Positions 1 to 9,443 of a stretch of DNA of 47,814 nucleotides are shown one piece after another. The position numbers and the translations under genes are program-made. The notes beneath the pieces are model-generated. The model saw only the letters and a program-made list of their open reading frames with translations. It was not told the DNA's origin and made no database searches. Origin of the DNA: an uncultured Bacilli bacterium (GTDB taxonomy: Bacteria; Bacillota_I; Bacilli_A; RF39; UBA660). The DNA lies in contig CALVOL010000002.1 of assembly GCA_944350285.1 (NCBI GenBank), positions 1-47,814 on the forward strand, given 5' to 3'. The first letter of the stretch is position 1; every line of letters begins with the position of its first letter.

Positions 1-80
1 GAAAGTTTATAATAACAAAGTCTTATTTTTAAGTCTTTTTTCATTAACTTTCTACATAACTAAAGTTTCTACATAAATAT

Positions 81-108
81 AAAAAAAAAAGAATAACCTA
101 AGTTATCC
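81..108 (-). terminator. Rho-independent terminator downstream of the htrA-like gene
   Basis: Minus strand reads GGATAAC-TTAG-GTTATTC (one G-U pair) followed by a T10 run (plus-strand A10 at 81-90), a few nt after the stop codon. Confidence 0.6.
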
Positions 109-116
109 CTATAAAA

Positions 117-1262
117 TTAACTAACCGCTTGATCTAATGTAACCGTTAAATTTACTTCATCTCCGTTACGATAAATTGTAAGTTCCATCGTATCTCCAAC
201 ATCATGTGTGTATAATAAATATCTTAAATAAGCTAAATTATCAACGTCTTCTCCATCAGCTGAAATAATAATATCACCTGCTCGAATACCAGCATCTGCA
301 GCTGGACTACCACTTGTAACTTCTTCTACATATACTCCTGCCTCTATATCAATATTACGTAATTCCTGATAATGATAATACATAGCATCCGAGAGATTTC
401 TCATACTGATACCTAATTGAGGTCTCTCTATAGTTTCATCATGTTCCAACTTTTCTGCATAATCTAATGCTGTTTCAATTGGAATTGCAAATCCCATACC
501 TTCAATACTTGCAGAACTAGTTGAACCAGAAGATAATTTTAAAGATGTAATTCCAATAACTTCACCATTTGCATTTGCAAGAGGTCCACCAGAGTTTCCT
601 GAATTAATCGCGGCATCAGTTTGCAAGACACTCATCATCATGTCAGAAGTTCCATTATTACTAGATGAAACACTAACTAAACGGTTTTTACCAGATACAA
701 TACCACGCGTAACTGTACCAGAATAAGTACTAGAATCAATTGGTGCTCCCACTGTAAATACAGTATCTCCTACTCTAGCTTCTTCACTACTACCAATTTG
801 AGCAACCGTAGTAACATAAGAAGAATCTACTGATAACACCGCAATATCAGAATAACTATCACTACCCTCGACTTTTGTAACTACATTAGAACCGTCGGTA
901 AATTCCACATAAATTTCATCACCGTCTTCAATAACATGGTTATTAGTTAAAATGTAAGCAGTATCACCATCTTCCTTATATACAAAACCAGTACCTGTTG
1001 CATAAAGTTGACCATCCGTATAAGTTTTTACAACGACCACTGCATCATAAAGCTTATCAACGGCATCCGCTATTCCAGTATCAGTAACAGTAACATTACG
1101 CACCTCAGTTTGTTCTGTAATTGTTTTAACAAATGGCTCTGGAAAAAAGTAAATCAATAAATAAAGTCCAATCGCACCAACAAAAAACATTATAATTCCT
1201 ACAATAATAATTTTTTTATTGCTTGTCTTTGGAACAAGCTCTTGTTCATTTTTTTTCATCAT
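117..1262 (-). CDS. htrA: HtrA/DegP-family membrane-anchored serine protease with PDZ domain
   Basis: 381-aa ORF with an N-terminal TM helix. Trypsin-like triad contexts are TNNHVIE (His), DIAVLSV (Asp) and GNSGGPL (Ser). C-terminal PDZ segment GSPAADAGIRAGDIII. Confidence 0.9.
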   Translation of the reverse strand: MMKKNEQELVPKTSNKKIIIVGIIMFFVGAIGLYLLIYFFPEPFVKTITEQTEVRNVTVTDTGIADAVDKLYDAVVVVKTYTDGQLYATGTGFVYKEDGDTAYILTNNHVIEDGDEIYVEFTDGSNVVTKVEGSDSYSDIAVLSVDSSYVTTVAQIGSSEEARVGDTVFTVGAPIDSSTYSGTVTRGIVSGKNRLVSVSSSNNGTSDMMMSVLQTDAAINSGNSGGPLANANGEVIGITSLKLSSGSTSSASIEGMGFAIPIETALDYAEKLEHDETIERPQLGISMRNLSDAMYYHYQELRNIDIEAGVYVEEVTSGSPAADAGIRAGDIIISADGEDVDNLAYLRYLLYTHDVGDTMELTIYRNGDEVNLTVTLDQAVS

Positions 1263-2185
1263 AACCTCACTATCTCTCCATAATTCATCGGAAATCCCAT
1301 TCGATCAAATACTTTTTCAACAGATATAGTCTTCAAACGATCCGCTAAAATCTGAATTTCATACTCAATCTCGCTCATTAACAAGAAAAAGTCCTCTTTT
1401 CTAAGCATTTGTTTCAAAATGATAATGACAGCAAACAAATCGTTCTTACCATAAATATATTCATCATTTACTTTTGGTATTTGTAACTGTTCATGAAATT
1501 TTGTATCATCAATATTTCGTTGAGCCTTATGATCATACAAAATATCCTCATGAGCACATAGATTTCGAAAATTAGCTAAAATTGGCAAATAAACTATCAA
1601 ATTTTCTCGCGTAACATTAAAGTCTCTAGCAATATTTTCCTGATCTTCGACCTTTAATATTTGATATAGTTCACTAACAATACCAAAAGATAATACTTTT
1701 ACTGCAATCCATAATGGAACATATCCATATTTTTTTGTATAATGAAGAGTCGCTTGATGTTGTTCTCCATTCACTCGAATTTGTCGTTTCATTTTTCGTA
1801 GTAAATCATCAATCTGCTTTTTTCTCTTCCGATCATTCACAAAGTTCTTAGGATCTAAATACTCATCTTCACGAATTCCGTATTTCCCAGACAAATTATA
1901 TGCAGTAATACTCTTAATATTATTTTCAATGATGAGTAAATTTTTAAAAAGAATGTTACGTACGCGTCGATCAAATTGAAACATGGAATATAGCTCTTCA
2001 AAAGTAGTCCCCGGTAAAAACATTTTGTTTGTTACACTTTCCATAAAAAGAAGTCTATACCCACTAATAAAAAAGTAATTTTCACGAAGCAGAATACTTT
2101 TTGCTTCATCTTCATTATTAATGATTAAACCTTTACTTTGTAATATTCGTATCTGTTCATCAAGTGTTTTAAAAACTTTTAGCAT
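1259..2185 (-). CDS. Abi_2 (AbiD/AbiF-like) abortive-infection family protein
   Basis: 308-aa ORF. The N-terminus KTLDEQIRILQSKGLII...ENYFFISGYRLLF fits my recollection of the Abi_2 family pattern. Its stop overlaps the htrA start (ATGA at 1259-1262). Confidence 0.7.
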   Translation of the reverse strand: MLKVFKTLDEQIRILQSKGLIINNEDEAKSILLRENYFFISGYRLLFMESVTNKMFLPGTTFEELYSMFQFDRRVRNILFKNLLIIENNIKSITAYNLSGKYGIREDEYLDPKNFVNDRKRKKQIDDLLRKMKRQIRVNGEQHQATLHYTKKYGYVPLWIAVKVLSFGIVSELYQILKVEDQENIARDFNVTRENLIVYLPILANFRNLCAHEDILYDHKAQRNIDDTKFHEQLQIPKVNDEYIYGKNDLFAVIIILKQMLRKEDFFLLMSEIEYEIQILADRLKTISVEKVFDRMGFPMNYGEIVRL

Positions 2186-2319
2186 TTATGACACCCCAAA
2201 TTCTAGACTCATTATATCACAAAGTACAAGAATATCATAGTTAGAAATGTTGTCAAAATAGTTATAATTTTGTGAAAAATGAGTGAAAATAAAGTATAAT
2301 AAGAGATGGAGGTTATTCT

Positions 2320-3273
2320 ATGCCATCAATCGTGACTCATCACTTCTTTGCAAAGGATATTTTAAATAGATTAAATAACAAAACAAGACAAACATTAGAA
2401 AATTCCAAATCTATTTTTCTCATCTTTGCTCAAAGCTTTGACAACTTATTTTATTATAAACTATTAACTCCTTGGCTCGGAAAAAAAGAAAGAACATTAG
2501 GTTATGAAGCCCAGAAAATGAAAGTAAACTTATATTTTGAAAACATCTTAAATGAAGTAAAAAAGAACCCTACCTCAGACACTCTTGCCTATATTTATGG
2601 TTCTTATTGCCATTATGTATTAGATATGACCTGCCATCCCTTCGTAATCTATCAAGCAGGAGATGAAGAAAAAAGCAAAAAATACAACGGCTTACACGAA
2701 AAAATAGAAGTAAATATTGATGCTCAAATATATCTGAAAAAAACAGGTAAAAACTTAAAAAATGTTCAAATAGCCAATATGCTGTTACCAAAAGAAAAAT
2801 TTTCAAACGAATTAAAAGAAACCCTAACACATACTTTCAAAAACACATTTCAAATAGAGAACATGGGATCTATTTATGAAAAAAGTGTAGCTATGGGAAA
2901 CTTTATACTAAGACATGCTGTCACAGATCGTACAGGAATCAAAAAGACATTATATAAACTCCGTGATTTCATTTGTAATCACAAAAAATATCAATACCTA
3001 AGTTTCCATGTCACAAAATTAATACCAGAATATTTAAACGAAACAAAACAAACTTGGGTATACCCAGTAGACAACACATTAGTTCATAACGAATCTTTTC
3101 AAGAATTATATGAACAAGCATTAACAAAAACGATAGAATTAATTACTTTAACCGAAAAATATCTAAAAAAACAAATTACAAAAAAAGAGCTACTTGCCCA
3201 CATCGGCAATAACTCTTATGTCACAGGAATGGATTGTAATAAAATTCAAACAATGAAATACTTTAAATTTTAA
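2320..3273 (+). CDS. Zinc-dependent phospholipase C-like family protein (putative)
   Basis: 317-aa ORF starting MPSIVTHHFFAKD, with GGAGG 6 nt upstream. The His-rich N-terminus and size resemble the Firmicute zinc-dependent PLC-like family. It is the only plus-strand gene left of oriC. Confidence 0.5.
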   Translation: MPSIVTHHFFAKDILNRLNNKTRQTLENSKSIFLIFAQSFDNLFYYKLLTPWLGKKERTLGYEAQKMKVNLYFENILNEVKKNPTSDTLAYIYGSYCHYVLDMTCHPFVIYQAGDEEKSKKYNGLHEKIEVNIDAQIYLKKTGKNLKNVQIANMLLPKEKFSNELKETLTHTFKNTFQIENMGSIYEKSVAMGNFILRHAVTDRTGIKKTLYKLRDFICNHKKYQYLSFHVTKLIPEYLNETKQTWVYPVDNTLVHNESFQELYEQALTKTIELITLTEKYLKKQITKKELLAHIGNNSYVTGMDCNKIQTMKYFKF

Positions 3274-3275
3274 AC

Positions 3276-3482
3276 CTAATCTTTAAATATGTTAAGCAAT
3301 CTTTCTTTAGCCTCTTTCGCCAACTGAATTTGTTGATCTAAAAATTCACTTTCATTCATAACGTCCGTGATGTAATTTGTATATTCCTTTTTTTCTCCAT
3401 CAATAAATTCTATAAGTGCTAATAAACCTCTTATCTCCAAATTAAGTTGATTTCTTTTTTCTTCAACCAAATCATTTTGCAT
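3276..3482 (-). CDS. Small hypothetical helical protein (68 aa)
   Basis: The ORF start overlaps the stop of the upstream 569-aa ORF by 1 nt (TAATG), which suggests translational coupling. No recognisable motif. Confidence 0.4.
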   Translation of the reverse strand: MQNDLVEEKRNQLNLEIRGLLALIEFIDGEKKEYTNYITDVMNESEFLDQQIQLAKEAKERLLNIFKD

Positions 3483-5191
3483 TATAATCCTCTGCTTACC
3501 TCCTTCATCTCTTCTTTTACAGCATCATCTACTAATAACTCACTAATACGAATTCCATAAATTTGTTCTACAAATTGAATAAAACTTAAATGTTCACTTT
3601 TATCTTTTAGCCTAATACGATATTTTATATATTCACGATAATAATTATTAGCTTGTTCACCATCTCTTGCTTTCAATGTCTTAAAATCTTTCACCCAAGG
3701 GTAAGCTGAATCTCCATAACCAATTCTTGCATCATTTACTTGAGTTCTATTTAAACTATTAACATCACTTCCTATAACTCCACGTTCTTTCAAATCTTGC
3801 AAATATCTTTCTTCTGGTGTCATATTAGCCAACTTTGCTAATTCCTCCATCTTTTTTTTGATCATAGAGTCTTTATCAATAGGTTTAGAATAAACATCAC
3901 CATTTCGAAATTCATTAACTTCATCAAATGCTCCACTAGATTCTAATTCCCTAATTGCAGCTTCTCTTAAGCCAGACATTGCTTGACTATATAGTTCATC
4001 TTGCAGATCTTTTCTTTCTTTTATCCCTTTAGCAGTTGCTTTTTGAGTATACTTTTCATTTCGATAACGATCTGTTCCCTCTGTTTTAGCATCAAACAAC
4101 TGACTATCCGTCAATCCAGAACTTCGAGAAATTTCTGACATTTTATCTTGAATCTCTTTAATTGTCTGATAATCTTCTGGATGCTCCGCCATCACCTTTG
4201 CCAAGTCATAAGCTAAACCTTGATATATACTCATATTTATATTAGAAGAACGGTCTTGCTCTTCCTTTTTTCTTTGTTGTTCAATTTGGCGCTTTATGTC
4301 AGTAAAATCAAATTTTTCTAAATATTTATTAGCTTTCTCTAATTCCTTTTTATAACTAGTTTCTAACTGATTTATATATCTTGTTAACCCTTCAACATTG
4401 ACTTCTGTAATACCAACAAGCATATTTTTTAAAGCAGAAAGTTGACTTAAAACAGTTTCACATTTATCTTTAGAAAGAAGCATATTTTTAATTTCAGAAT
4501 AATTTTTAACAATAGCTGTAACACTTGGAGTAGCCTCATAATTACCGCTTTGAATTAACTTATCAATATCTTGAGATAATGCTTTATCACCATAAGCCAA
4601 ATCAACTGAAGATTGTTGAGCATGTAAAGAAACATAATTTGGAGTCAATTCTTTTAAAGTTTCTTGTTGCAATACTTCAAGTGCACGTTTATAAGATACA
4701 CTATCAATATATCGAATCTTATTTTCTGGATCACGATAAACTAAAAACGAACGACCAGTAAAACCTAATTTTTCTAAAATCTTTAAAGTATTATCACCAG
4801 CTTTAACAATTGCATCCTTCCGATCACGATTTACATCTTTCAAACAATCATTTACGCTTTCTTTTAACTTAGTAAACTCATCTTGAGTAAGATTAGAGCC
4901 TAAATTTTCAAACTGCTCTATTACTTCAGCAGGAAAAGAATATTTATCGCTTTCTTGAAAATGGAAATGAAATAAAGATTGTTTTAATTCATTCAACAGT
5001 GTTATTTTTTGTTGATATTCTTTAATAGAACTCTTATTAGAAAGGCGATCAAAAAAGCCCATTTTCTTGTTTTTATCATCTAATTTTCCTCGATATTTAT
5101 CAGCATATTTACTATTTTTTTCAATTTCATCATCAATTGCCCTTTGCATAGATGCATAAATGTTAACCATATCCAACTCTTTTTCTAACAT
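3482..5191 (-). CDS. Hypothetical Lys/Glu-rich coiled-coil protein (569 aa)
   Basis: Long uninterrupted ORF co-oriented with its neighbours. No TM segment and no catalytic motif that I recognise. Confidence 0.6.
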   Translation of the reverse strand: MLEKELDMVNIYASMQRAIDDEIEKNSKYADKYRGKLDDKNKKMGFFDRLSNKSSIKEYQQKITLLNELKQSLFHFHFQESDKYSFPAEVIEQFENLGSNLTQDEFTKLKESVNDCLKDVNRDRKDAIVKAGDNTLKILEKLGFTGRSFLVYRDPENKIRYIDSVSYKRALEVLQQETLKELTPNYVSLHAQQSSVDLAYGDKALSQDIDKLIQSGNYEATPSVTAIVKNYSEIKNMLLSKDKCETVLSQLSALKNMLVGITEVNVEGLTRYINQLETSYKKELEKANKYLEKFDFTDIKRQIEQQRKKEEQDRSSNINMSIYQGLAYDLAKVMAEHPEDYQTIKEIQDKMSEISRSSGLTDSQLFDAKTEGTDRYRNEKYTQKATAKGIKERKDLQDELYSQAMSGLREAAIRELESSGAFDEVNEFRNGDVYSKPIDKDSMIKKKMEELAKLANMTPEERYLQDLKERGVIGSDVNSLNRTQVNDARIGYGDSAYPWVKDFKTLKARDGEQANNYYREYIKYRIRLKDKSEHLSFIQFVEQIYGIRISELLVDDAVKEEMKEVSRGL

Positions 5192-5285
5192 AGCAAAACA
5201 ACTCCATTTCTACCTATATCATAACAAAATCAATCATAAATAACAAAAAAAGTGGAAATAACTTGACATGAATTGACACAACACA

Positions 5286-5933
5286 TTATTTTACAAAACT
5301 ATCTACCACATATTTAGCAAATTCTTGTATGTAGTTATCATCTAATAATTTACTACGCTCATTAGCATTAGACAAAAAACCACATTCAATCAAAACTCCT
5401 GGAACTTTTAATTTCGAATACATATAAATTGTATTCGATATTTTTTTAACTTCTCTTGTTCCATTTAATTTAGAATTCAAATATTCTTGTAAATGAAGAG
5501 CAAGCTCTTGATTTTCATCTAAAACACCAGAGTAAAACACTTGAGGTCCAGAATAACTAGAAGAAGACAAATAATTCAAATGTATCGATAAATAATAAGT
5601 AGCATTACTATGATTAATAATTTTAATGCGATGATCAAAGTCGCTTTTTTTACGATAAGTAGCATTAGGAGTACCCAAATCATAATCACCAGAACGTGTC
5701 AAAATAACTTTAGCTCCTAACTGTTCTAACTCGTTTTTTAAAGCAAGAGTGATTTTTAAATTAATATCTTTTTCATAGATGTCTCCGACAACAGTCCCCG
5801 GATCGACTCCTCCATGACCAGCATCTAACACAAACACTTGCCCCGATAAAGGAGAATCTGCTGAGACAGATATATTAGCAAACATTGATACAAGAATAGC
5901 AAACACAAAAAAACAAATAAAATTCTTTTTCAT
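5286..5933 (-). CDS. cwlD: N-acetylmuramoyl-L-alanine amidase, CwlD-like (germination-specific)
   Basis: 215-aa ORF with an N-terminal signal/TM segment and the Amidase_3 motif VLDAGHGGVDPG. It lies downstream of rplM-rpsI, as cwlD does in B. subtilis. Confidence 0.8.
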   Translation of the reverse strand: MKKNFICFFVFAILVSMFANISVSADSPLSGQVFVLDAGHGGVDPGTVVGDIYEKDINLKITLALKNELEQLGAKVILTRSGDYDLGTPNATYRKKSDFDHRIKIINHSNATYYLSIHLNYLSSSSYSGPQVFYSGVLDENQELALHLQEYLNSKLNGTREVKKISNTIYMYSKLKVPGVLIECGFLSNANERSKLLDDNYIQEFAKYVVDSFVK

Positions 5934-5954
5934 ATTACACTATATTCAAAAAGA

Positions 5955-5990
5955 AAAAGAAAAAACCTCATAAACATAAAGTTTATGAGG
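5955..5990 (-). terminator. Rho-independent terminator after rpsI
   Basis: Minus strand reads CCTCATAAAC-TTTAT-GTTTATGAGG (10-bp perfect stem, 5966-5990) followed by a T-rich run. Confidence 0.8.
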
Positions 5991-6008
5991 ATAAAGAAAA
6001 CATTTTTG

Positions 6009-6425
6009 TTAACGTTTACTAAATTGTGGAGCTCGACGAGCTTTTTTAAGACCGTATTTTTTACGTTCTTTCACTCTTGGGTCTCTTGTAATCATTCCTG
6101 CTGGTTTTAAAATTTTACGATAAGCAGTATCAGCTGTTTGATCTGTATTAGCATCAAATAACAATAATGCTCTTGTAATTCCTAAACGAATAGCGCCAGC
6201 TTGGCCAGCATATCCGCCACCCTTAACATTGACAGTAATGTCGAAACGATTCTCATTATTTGTTAAAGTAAGTGGTTGTTTTAAATCTAAAACTAAAATT
6301 TTATCAGGCATGTATTCATTTACATCAACACCATTAATAGTAATGTTTCCAGTACCACTTGTTAATGTAACTTGAGCAACAGCTCTTTTTCTTCTACCTG
6401 TAGCTTTCCAACTTTGTTTTGCCAT
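6009..6425 (-). CDS. rpsI: 30S ribosomal protein S9
   Basis: 138-aa ORF with [19 protein letters not shown] and the C-terminal [25 protein letters not shown] signature. Confidence 0.97.
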   Translation of the reverse strand: MAKQSWKATGRRKRAVAQVTLTSGTGNITINGVDVNEYMPDKILVLDLKQPLTLTNNENRFDITVNVKGGGYAGQAGAIRLGITRALLLFDANTDQTADTAYRKILKPAGMITRDPRVKERKKYGLKKARRAPQFSKR

Positions 6426-6435
6426 AACGTCCTCC

Positions 6436-6867
6436 TTACATTACCTTTAATTCTATAGGTTTTTGTGCTTGATGTTTATGGTCAGTTCCACGATACACAA
6501 ACAACTTTTTACCCATTTGTCTGCCAAGGCGTCCATGAGGAAGCATTCCCTTAACAGCTCTTTCCATCATTTCTTCAGGATAATTTTGAATCATTTCTTT
6601 TGCATTACGTTCTCTAAGTCCTCCTGGATAACCAGAGTGATTATAATACATCTTATCATCTAGTTTATTTCCAGTTAACTTCACTTTGTCAGCATTCACA
6701 ATGATTACATAGTCTCCGCAATCAACACTTGGAGTATAAGTAGGTTTATGTTTACCACGTAAAACACTAGCAGCTTTACTAGCAACACGACCTAATGAAA
6801 TACCTTCAGCATCAATTACATACCATTTACGTTCAACGTTTTCTTTTTTCTGTAAAAATGTACTCAT
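6436..6867 (-). CDS. rplM: 50S ribosomal protein L13
   Basis: 143-aa ORF with [37 protein letters not shown], typical of L13. Confidence 0.97.
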   Translation of the reverse strand: MSTFLQKKENVERKWYVIDAEGISLGRVASKAASVLRGKHKPTYTPSVDCGDYVIIVNADKVKLTGNKLDDKMYYNHSGYPGGLRERNAKEMIQNYPEEMMERAVKGMLPHGRLGRQMGKKLFVYRGTDHKHQAQKPIELKVM

Positions 6868-6951
6868 TTTAAAATCCTTTCATTCTTCTCTCCTGTCCTC
6901 CGCTTTCCCAAGGCAAAATCCATTCAAGATAAATAAAATGTACCGATTAAA

Positions 6952-6980
6952 ATTATATGCGAAGAAAACTCTAATGTCAA
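6952..6980 (-). promoter_or_regulatory. Consensus sigma-A promoter of the rplM-rpsI operon
   Basis: Minus strand has TTGACA (6975-6980), a 17-nt spacer, then TATAAT (6952-6957). About 80 nt of G-rich leader follows before the rplM start, which could be an L13 leader. Confidence 0.7.
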
Positions 6981-7023
6981 ACAAAAAAAGACACTTTTAT
7001 ACTTTTTTAACAAAAAAAAGAGT

Positions 7024-7743
7024 CTAATACTCTATTTTTGCAAGATAAAGTCCTTGAGGTGGAGCAATAGAAAATTGCTTTTTAGAAAAACTTGCCAAAG
7101 CATCCCGCACTTCTTTTATATCGACCCGACCACTACCAACATCCATAACCGCTCCAACGATAGAACGCACCATATAACGATAAAAACTCTTTGCTTCTAA
7201 AGTAAATAAAAGATAATCCCCTTCTTCTTTAATATCAAAAGCAAAAATTTCTGAGTCATAATTATCTCTTTCTCCACTTACAAAATTATGAAAACTATGT
7301 GCTCCTAAAAATACCATCAAACACTCTCTCATCTTATCCAAATCAATCTCTTGATAATAAGGATAGGTATAATCTTCTAAAAAAGGATTTTTTTCACCTC
7401 GATACACTTTATAAACATACGTTTTTCTCCGTACAGAATGTCTTGCATGAAAATCCGAAGAAACAACCTCTAATTCCCGCACAGCAATATACTTCGAAAG
7501 CATTCGATTAAGAACATACTTTAATTTACAAACAGAAATATCCAAATCAAAATCAAAGTGAATACATTGATCAAGTGCATGAACACCTCTATCTGTTCGA
7601 CCAGCTCCCTTTATCTTCACTTCATGATGAGCCAAGATACTAAGAACATGCTCTATTTCATTTTGGACACCTCGCCCATTTTTTAATCTTTGAAAACCCT
7701 CAAAATGACTCCCATCATAACTAATTCTTGCAAAATATCTCAT
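7024..7743 (-). CDS. truA: tRNA pseudouridine(38-40) synthase TruA
   Basis: 239-aa ORF with the catalytic motif GAGRTDRGVHA. It sits at the conserved ecfA-ecfA-(ecfT)-truA-rplM-rpsI position. Confidence 0.92.
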   Translation of the reverse strand: MRYFARISYDGSHFEGFQRLKNGRGVQNEIEHVLSILAHHEVKIKGAGRTDRGVHALDQCIHFDFDLDISVCKLKYVLNRMLSKYIAVRELEVVSSDFHARHSVRRKTYVYKVYRGEKNPFLEDYTYPYYQEIDLDKMRECLMVFLGAHSFHNFVSGERDNYDSEIFAFDIKEEGDYLLFTLEAKSFYRYMVRSIVGAVMDVGSGRVDIKEVRDALASFSKKQFSIAPPQGLYLAKIEY

Positions 7744-8384
7744 TGCGCACCTCTATAAATAGCCTTTAAAGTTTCATTAAAAGTAACATCATGATCAATC
7801 ACATGACCCTTACTTTCAAAAAACTTCACTAATTCAACAGTATAAGGCATTTCCACATATTGATAAATCTCATCATCATAAAAGTTCGTTATCAATTTAT
7901 ACTTACCATTTTTAGTAAACAAATAAAATTTAGAAACCGTTTCACAAACAAAATTCATATCATTTTCAATAAAAATAATAGAAATACCTTTCTTATACAT
8001 TAAATTTCTAAAAAAACGTTTAAAATATTCTTTCTCACTATAAATCAAATCTTCAAAAAAATATTCACAAATAATAACTTTAGAAGAAAGAAGCAACACT
8101 TCTGCTAATTGAACTTTCTTAAGTTCAGAACGCGTTAACTGACTTAAATCCACCATCTGCAAACTACTTTTTAACTTCACTAATTGTAATGCTTGTATAA
8201 TTTTTGTATCACTCGCTTCTACTTTTGACTTTAAATAATCTATCACACTTATTTTATCCGTAAATTTTCTATCTAAAACATACCCAGAAGACGAATTATT
8301 TACAACACCTTTAATTTTACTAGGAAAATTTACTAAAACAGAAAAAGCATTATTTAAAACAAACTGACTCATTTTGATGGCCAT
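7740..8384 (-). CDS. Degenerate EcfA2-like ABC-ATPase-fold protein lacking a Walker A motif
   Basis: 214-aa ORF. Residual ABC layout is LTRSELKKVQLAEVLL (diverged signature region), VIICEYFFEDL (diverged Walker B) and FIENDM (H-loop His lost). No GxxGxGKS/T motif. It overlaps truA by 4 nt. Confidence 0.55.
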   Translation of the reverse strand: MAIKMSQFVLNNAFSVLVNFPSKIKGVVNNSSSGYVLDRKFTDKISVIDYLKSKVEASDTKIIQALQLVKLKSSLQMVDLSQLTRSELKKVQLAEVLLLSSKVIICEYFFEDLIYSEKEYFKRFFRNLMYKKGISIIFIENDMNFVCETVSKFYLFTKNGKYKLITNFYDDEIYQYVEMPYTVELVKFFESKGHVIDHDVTFNETLKAIYRGAQ

Positions 8385-9043
8385 AACTTATCCTCCAATT
8401 CTTCCTTTGTTAAACAAACATCTTCTAAAAGCCCATAATAACTAAGCTGTCTAGACATATTAACATAAAAAGGTAAAGAAAAACCAAGCAACTTCATTAA
8501 CTTCTCTTCTTTTAATACCAAAAGTGTTTTCCCTTCCATTGCTATATTATTATTTTTAAGAACAATCAAATAACCAAAATAAACAGTATCTTCGATATCA
8601 TTCGTCACATAAAAAATCAAAATATGCTGTTCTTTCAAAAAACGAAACAATAACATTCTTTCTTTTCTAGACAACAACCCATGTAAGTCCTCACAAAAGA
8701 AAAAATCAGGAAAACTTAAAATTTTTAAAACAATAGCATATTTATATGGAAAAGACTTAGTAGTCTCTAAAAACTTTTCTAAAAAAGTTTGAACATTTTT
8801 ATCCAATTGAGAATAGGAAACTTCTTCCTTCCAATTTTCACAAGTTCTTGTTTCTCCAAAATAAAAAGAAACATTTCCTTCATAATTTTTATTTTTTACA
8901 AGTTCTTTTAATAACAAAGATTTCCCAGAACCACTTTCTCCTAACAAACAAGTAGATTCATGTAAATCAACAGAAAAATTGGCAAGAATAGTCTTGTCCT
9001 GAATTTTTAAATCAAAATTGTCTATATTCCAATACTTATTCAT
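8369..9043 (-). CDS. Degenerate EcfA1-like ABC ATPase (Walker A retained, other catalytic motifs diverged)
   Basis: 224-aa ORF. Walker A GESGSGKS is present. The LSGGQ position reads FPYKY, Walker B reads DFFFCEDL, and the H-loop reads VTND. The C-terminal LGFSLPFYVNMSRQL resembles EcfA tails. Confidence 0.6.
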   Translation of the reverse strand: MNKYWNIDNFDLKIQDKTILANFSVDLHESTCLLGESGSGKSLLLKELVKNKNYEGNVSFYFGETRTCENWKEEVSYSQLDKNVQTFLEKFLETTKSFPYKYAIVLKILSFPDFFFCEDLHGLLSRKERMLLFRFLKEQHILIFYVTNDIEDTVYFGYLIVLKNNNIAMEGKTLLVLKEEKLMKLLGFSLPFYVNMSRQLSYYGLLEDVCLTKEELEDKLWPSK

Positions 9044-9094
9044 AATACCACTGCTACTATTTTAAAATAAAACAAAACAAAAAGAAAGTATTAA

Positions 9095-9403
9095 TTAACT
9101 TTCTCCATTTTCATCCGGCACTTTAATAATATATTCTCCCGGTAAAGAATACATATATTTCTCACGAGCATATCTAGCGACATAATCAGAGTCATGTAAC
9201 TTAGTAACCTCACTTGTTAAACTTTCCTCTTCATCTAATAACTCATTATAATATGTAGTTAAGGCTGCAATTTGTTGTTTATTATCCATAATTTGCATCC
9301 AGTCACGAAATACTGAGGCAAACGAAAAAACAACGATACCTAAAAACACTATCGATAACACAATAAAACGTTTTCTAGCTTTTTTAGATCCTTTCTTTTT
9401 CAA
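9095..9403 (-). CDS. divIC: Septum formation initiator, DivIC/FtsB family
   Basis: 102-aa ORF with a basic N-terminus, a single TM segment, a coiled coil and the C-terminal DYVARYAREKY motif. It follows yabP-yabQ as in B. subtilis. Confidence 0.8.
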   Translation of the reverse strand: MKKKGSKKARKRFIVLSIVFLGIVVFSFASVFRDWMQIMDNKQQIAALTTYYNELLDEEESLTSEVTKLHDSDYVARYAREKYMYSLPGEYIIKVPDENGES

Positions 9404-9443
9404 TTTTCATCACCCATATTTACTACTATCAAAAATTATAACA

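Noticed and set aside
49-76. An 11-bp direct repeat TTTCTACATAA occurring twice with a 17-bp period, downstream of htrA.
   Set aside because: It sits at the window edge with an unknown neighbouring gene. Its spacing does not fit the WalR-type TGTWAH-N5-TGTWAH sites one might expect near htrA-like genes. There is too little context to interpret it.
2570-2830. Antisense or embedded ORFs of 60-123 aa in the track: 2570-2830, 4579-4761, 6463-6663, 7299-7511, 14382-14564, 15762-15950, 16390-16620, 17723-17956, 20005-20214, 24641-24883, 26263-26481, 30839-31048, 35592-35777, 38285-38545, 40486-40852, 40951-41133, 41179-41409, 41693-41935, 43616-43870, 44264-44611, 44882-45253 and 46991-47203.
   Set aside because: All lie opposite or inside well-supported conserved genes. 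Their translations are low-complexity and Phe/Leu/Ile/Ser-rich, as expected for AT-rich antisense frames. None has a recognisable motif or ribosome-binding site.
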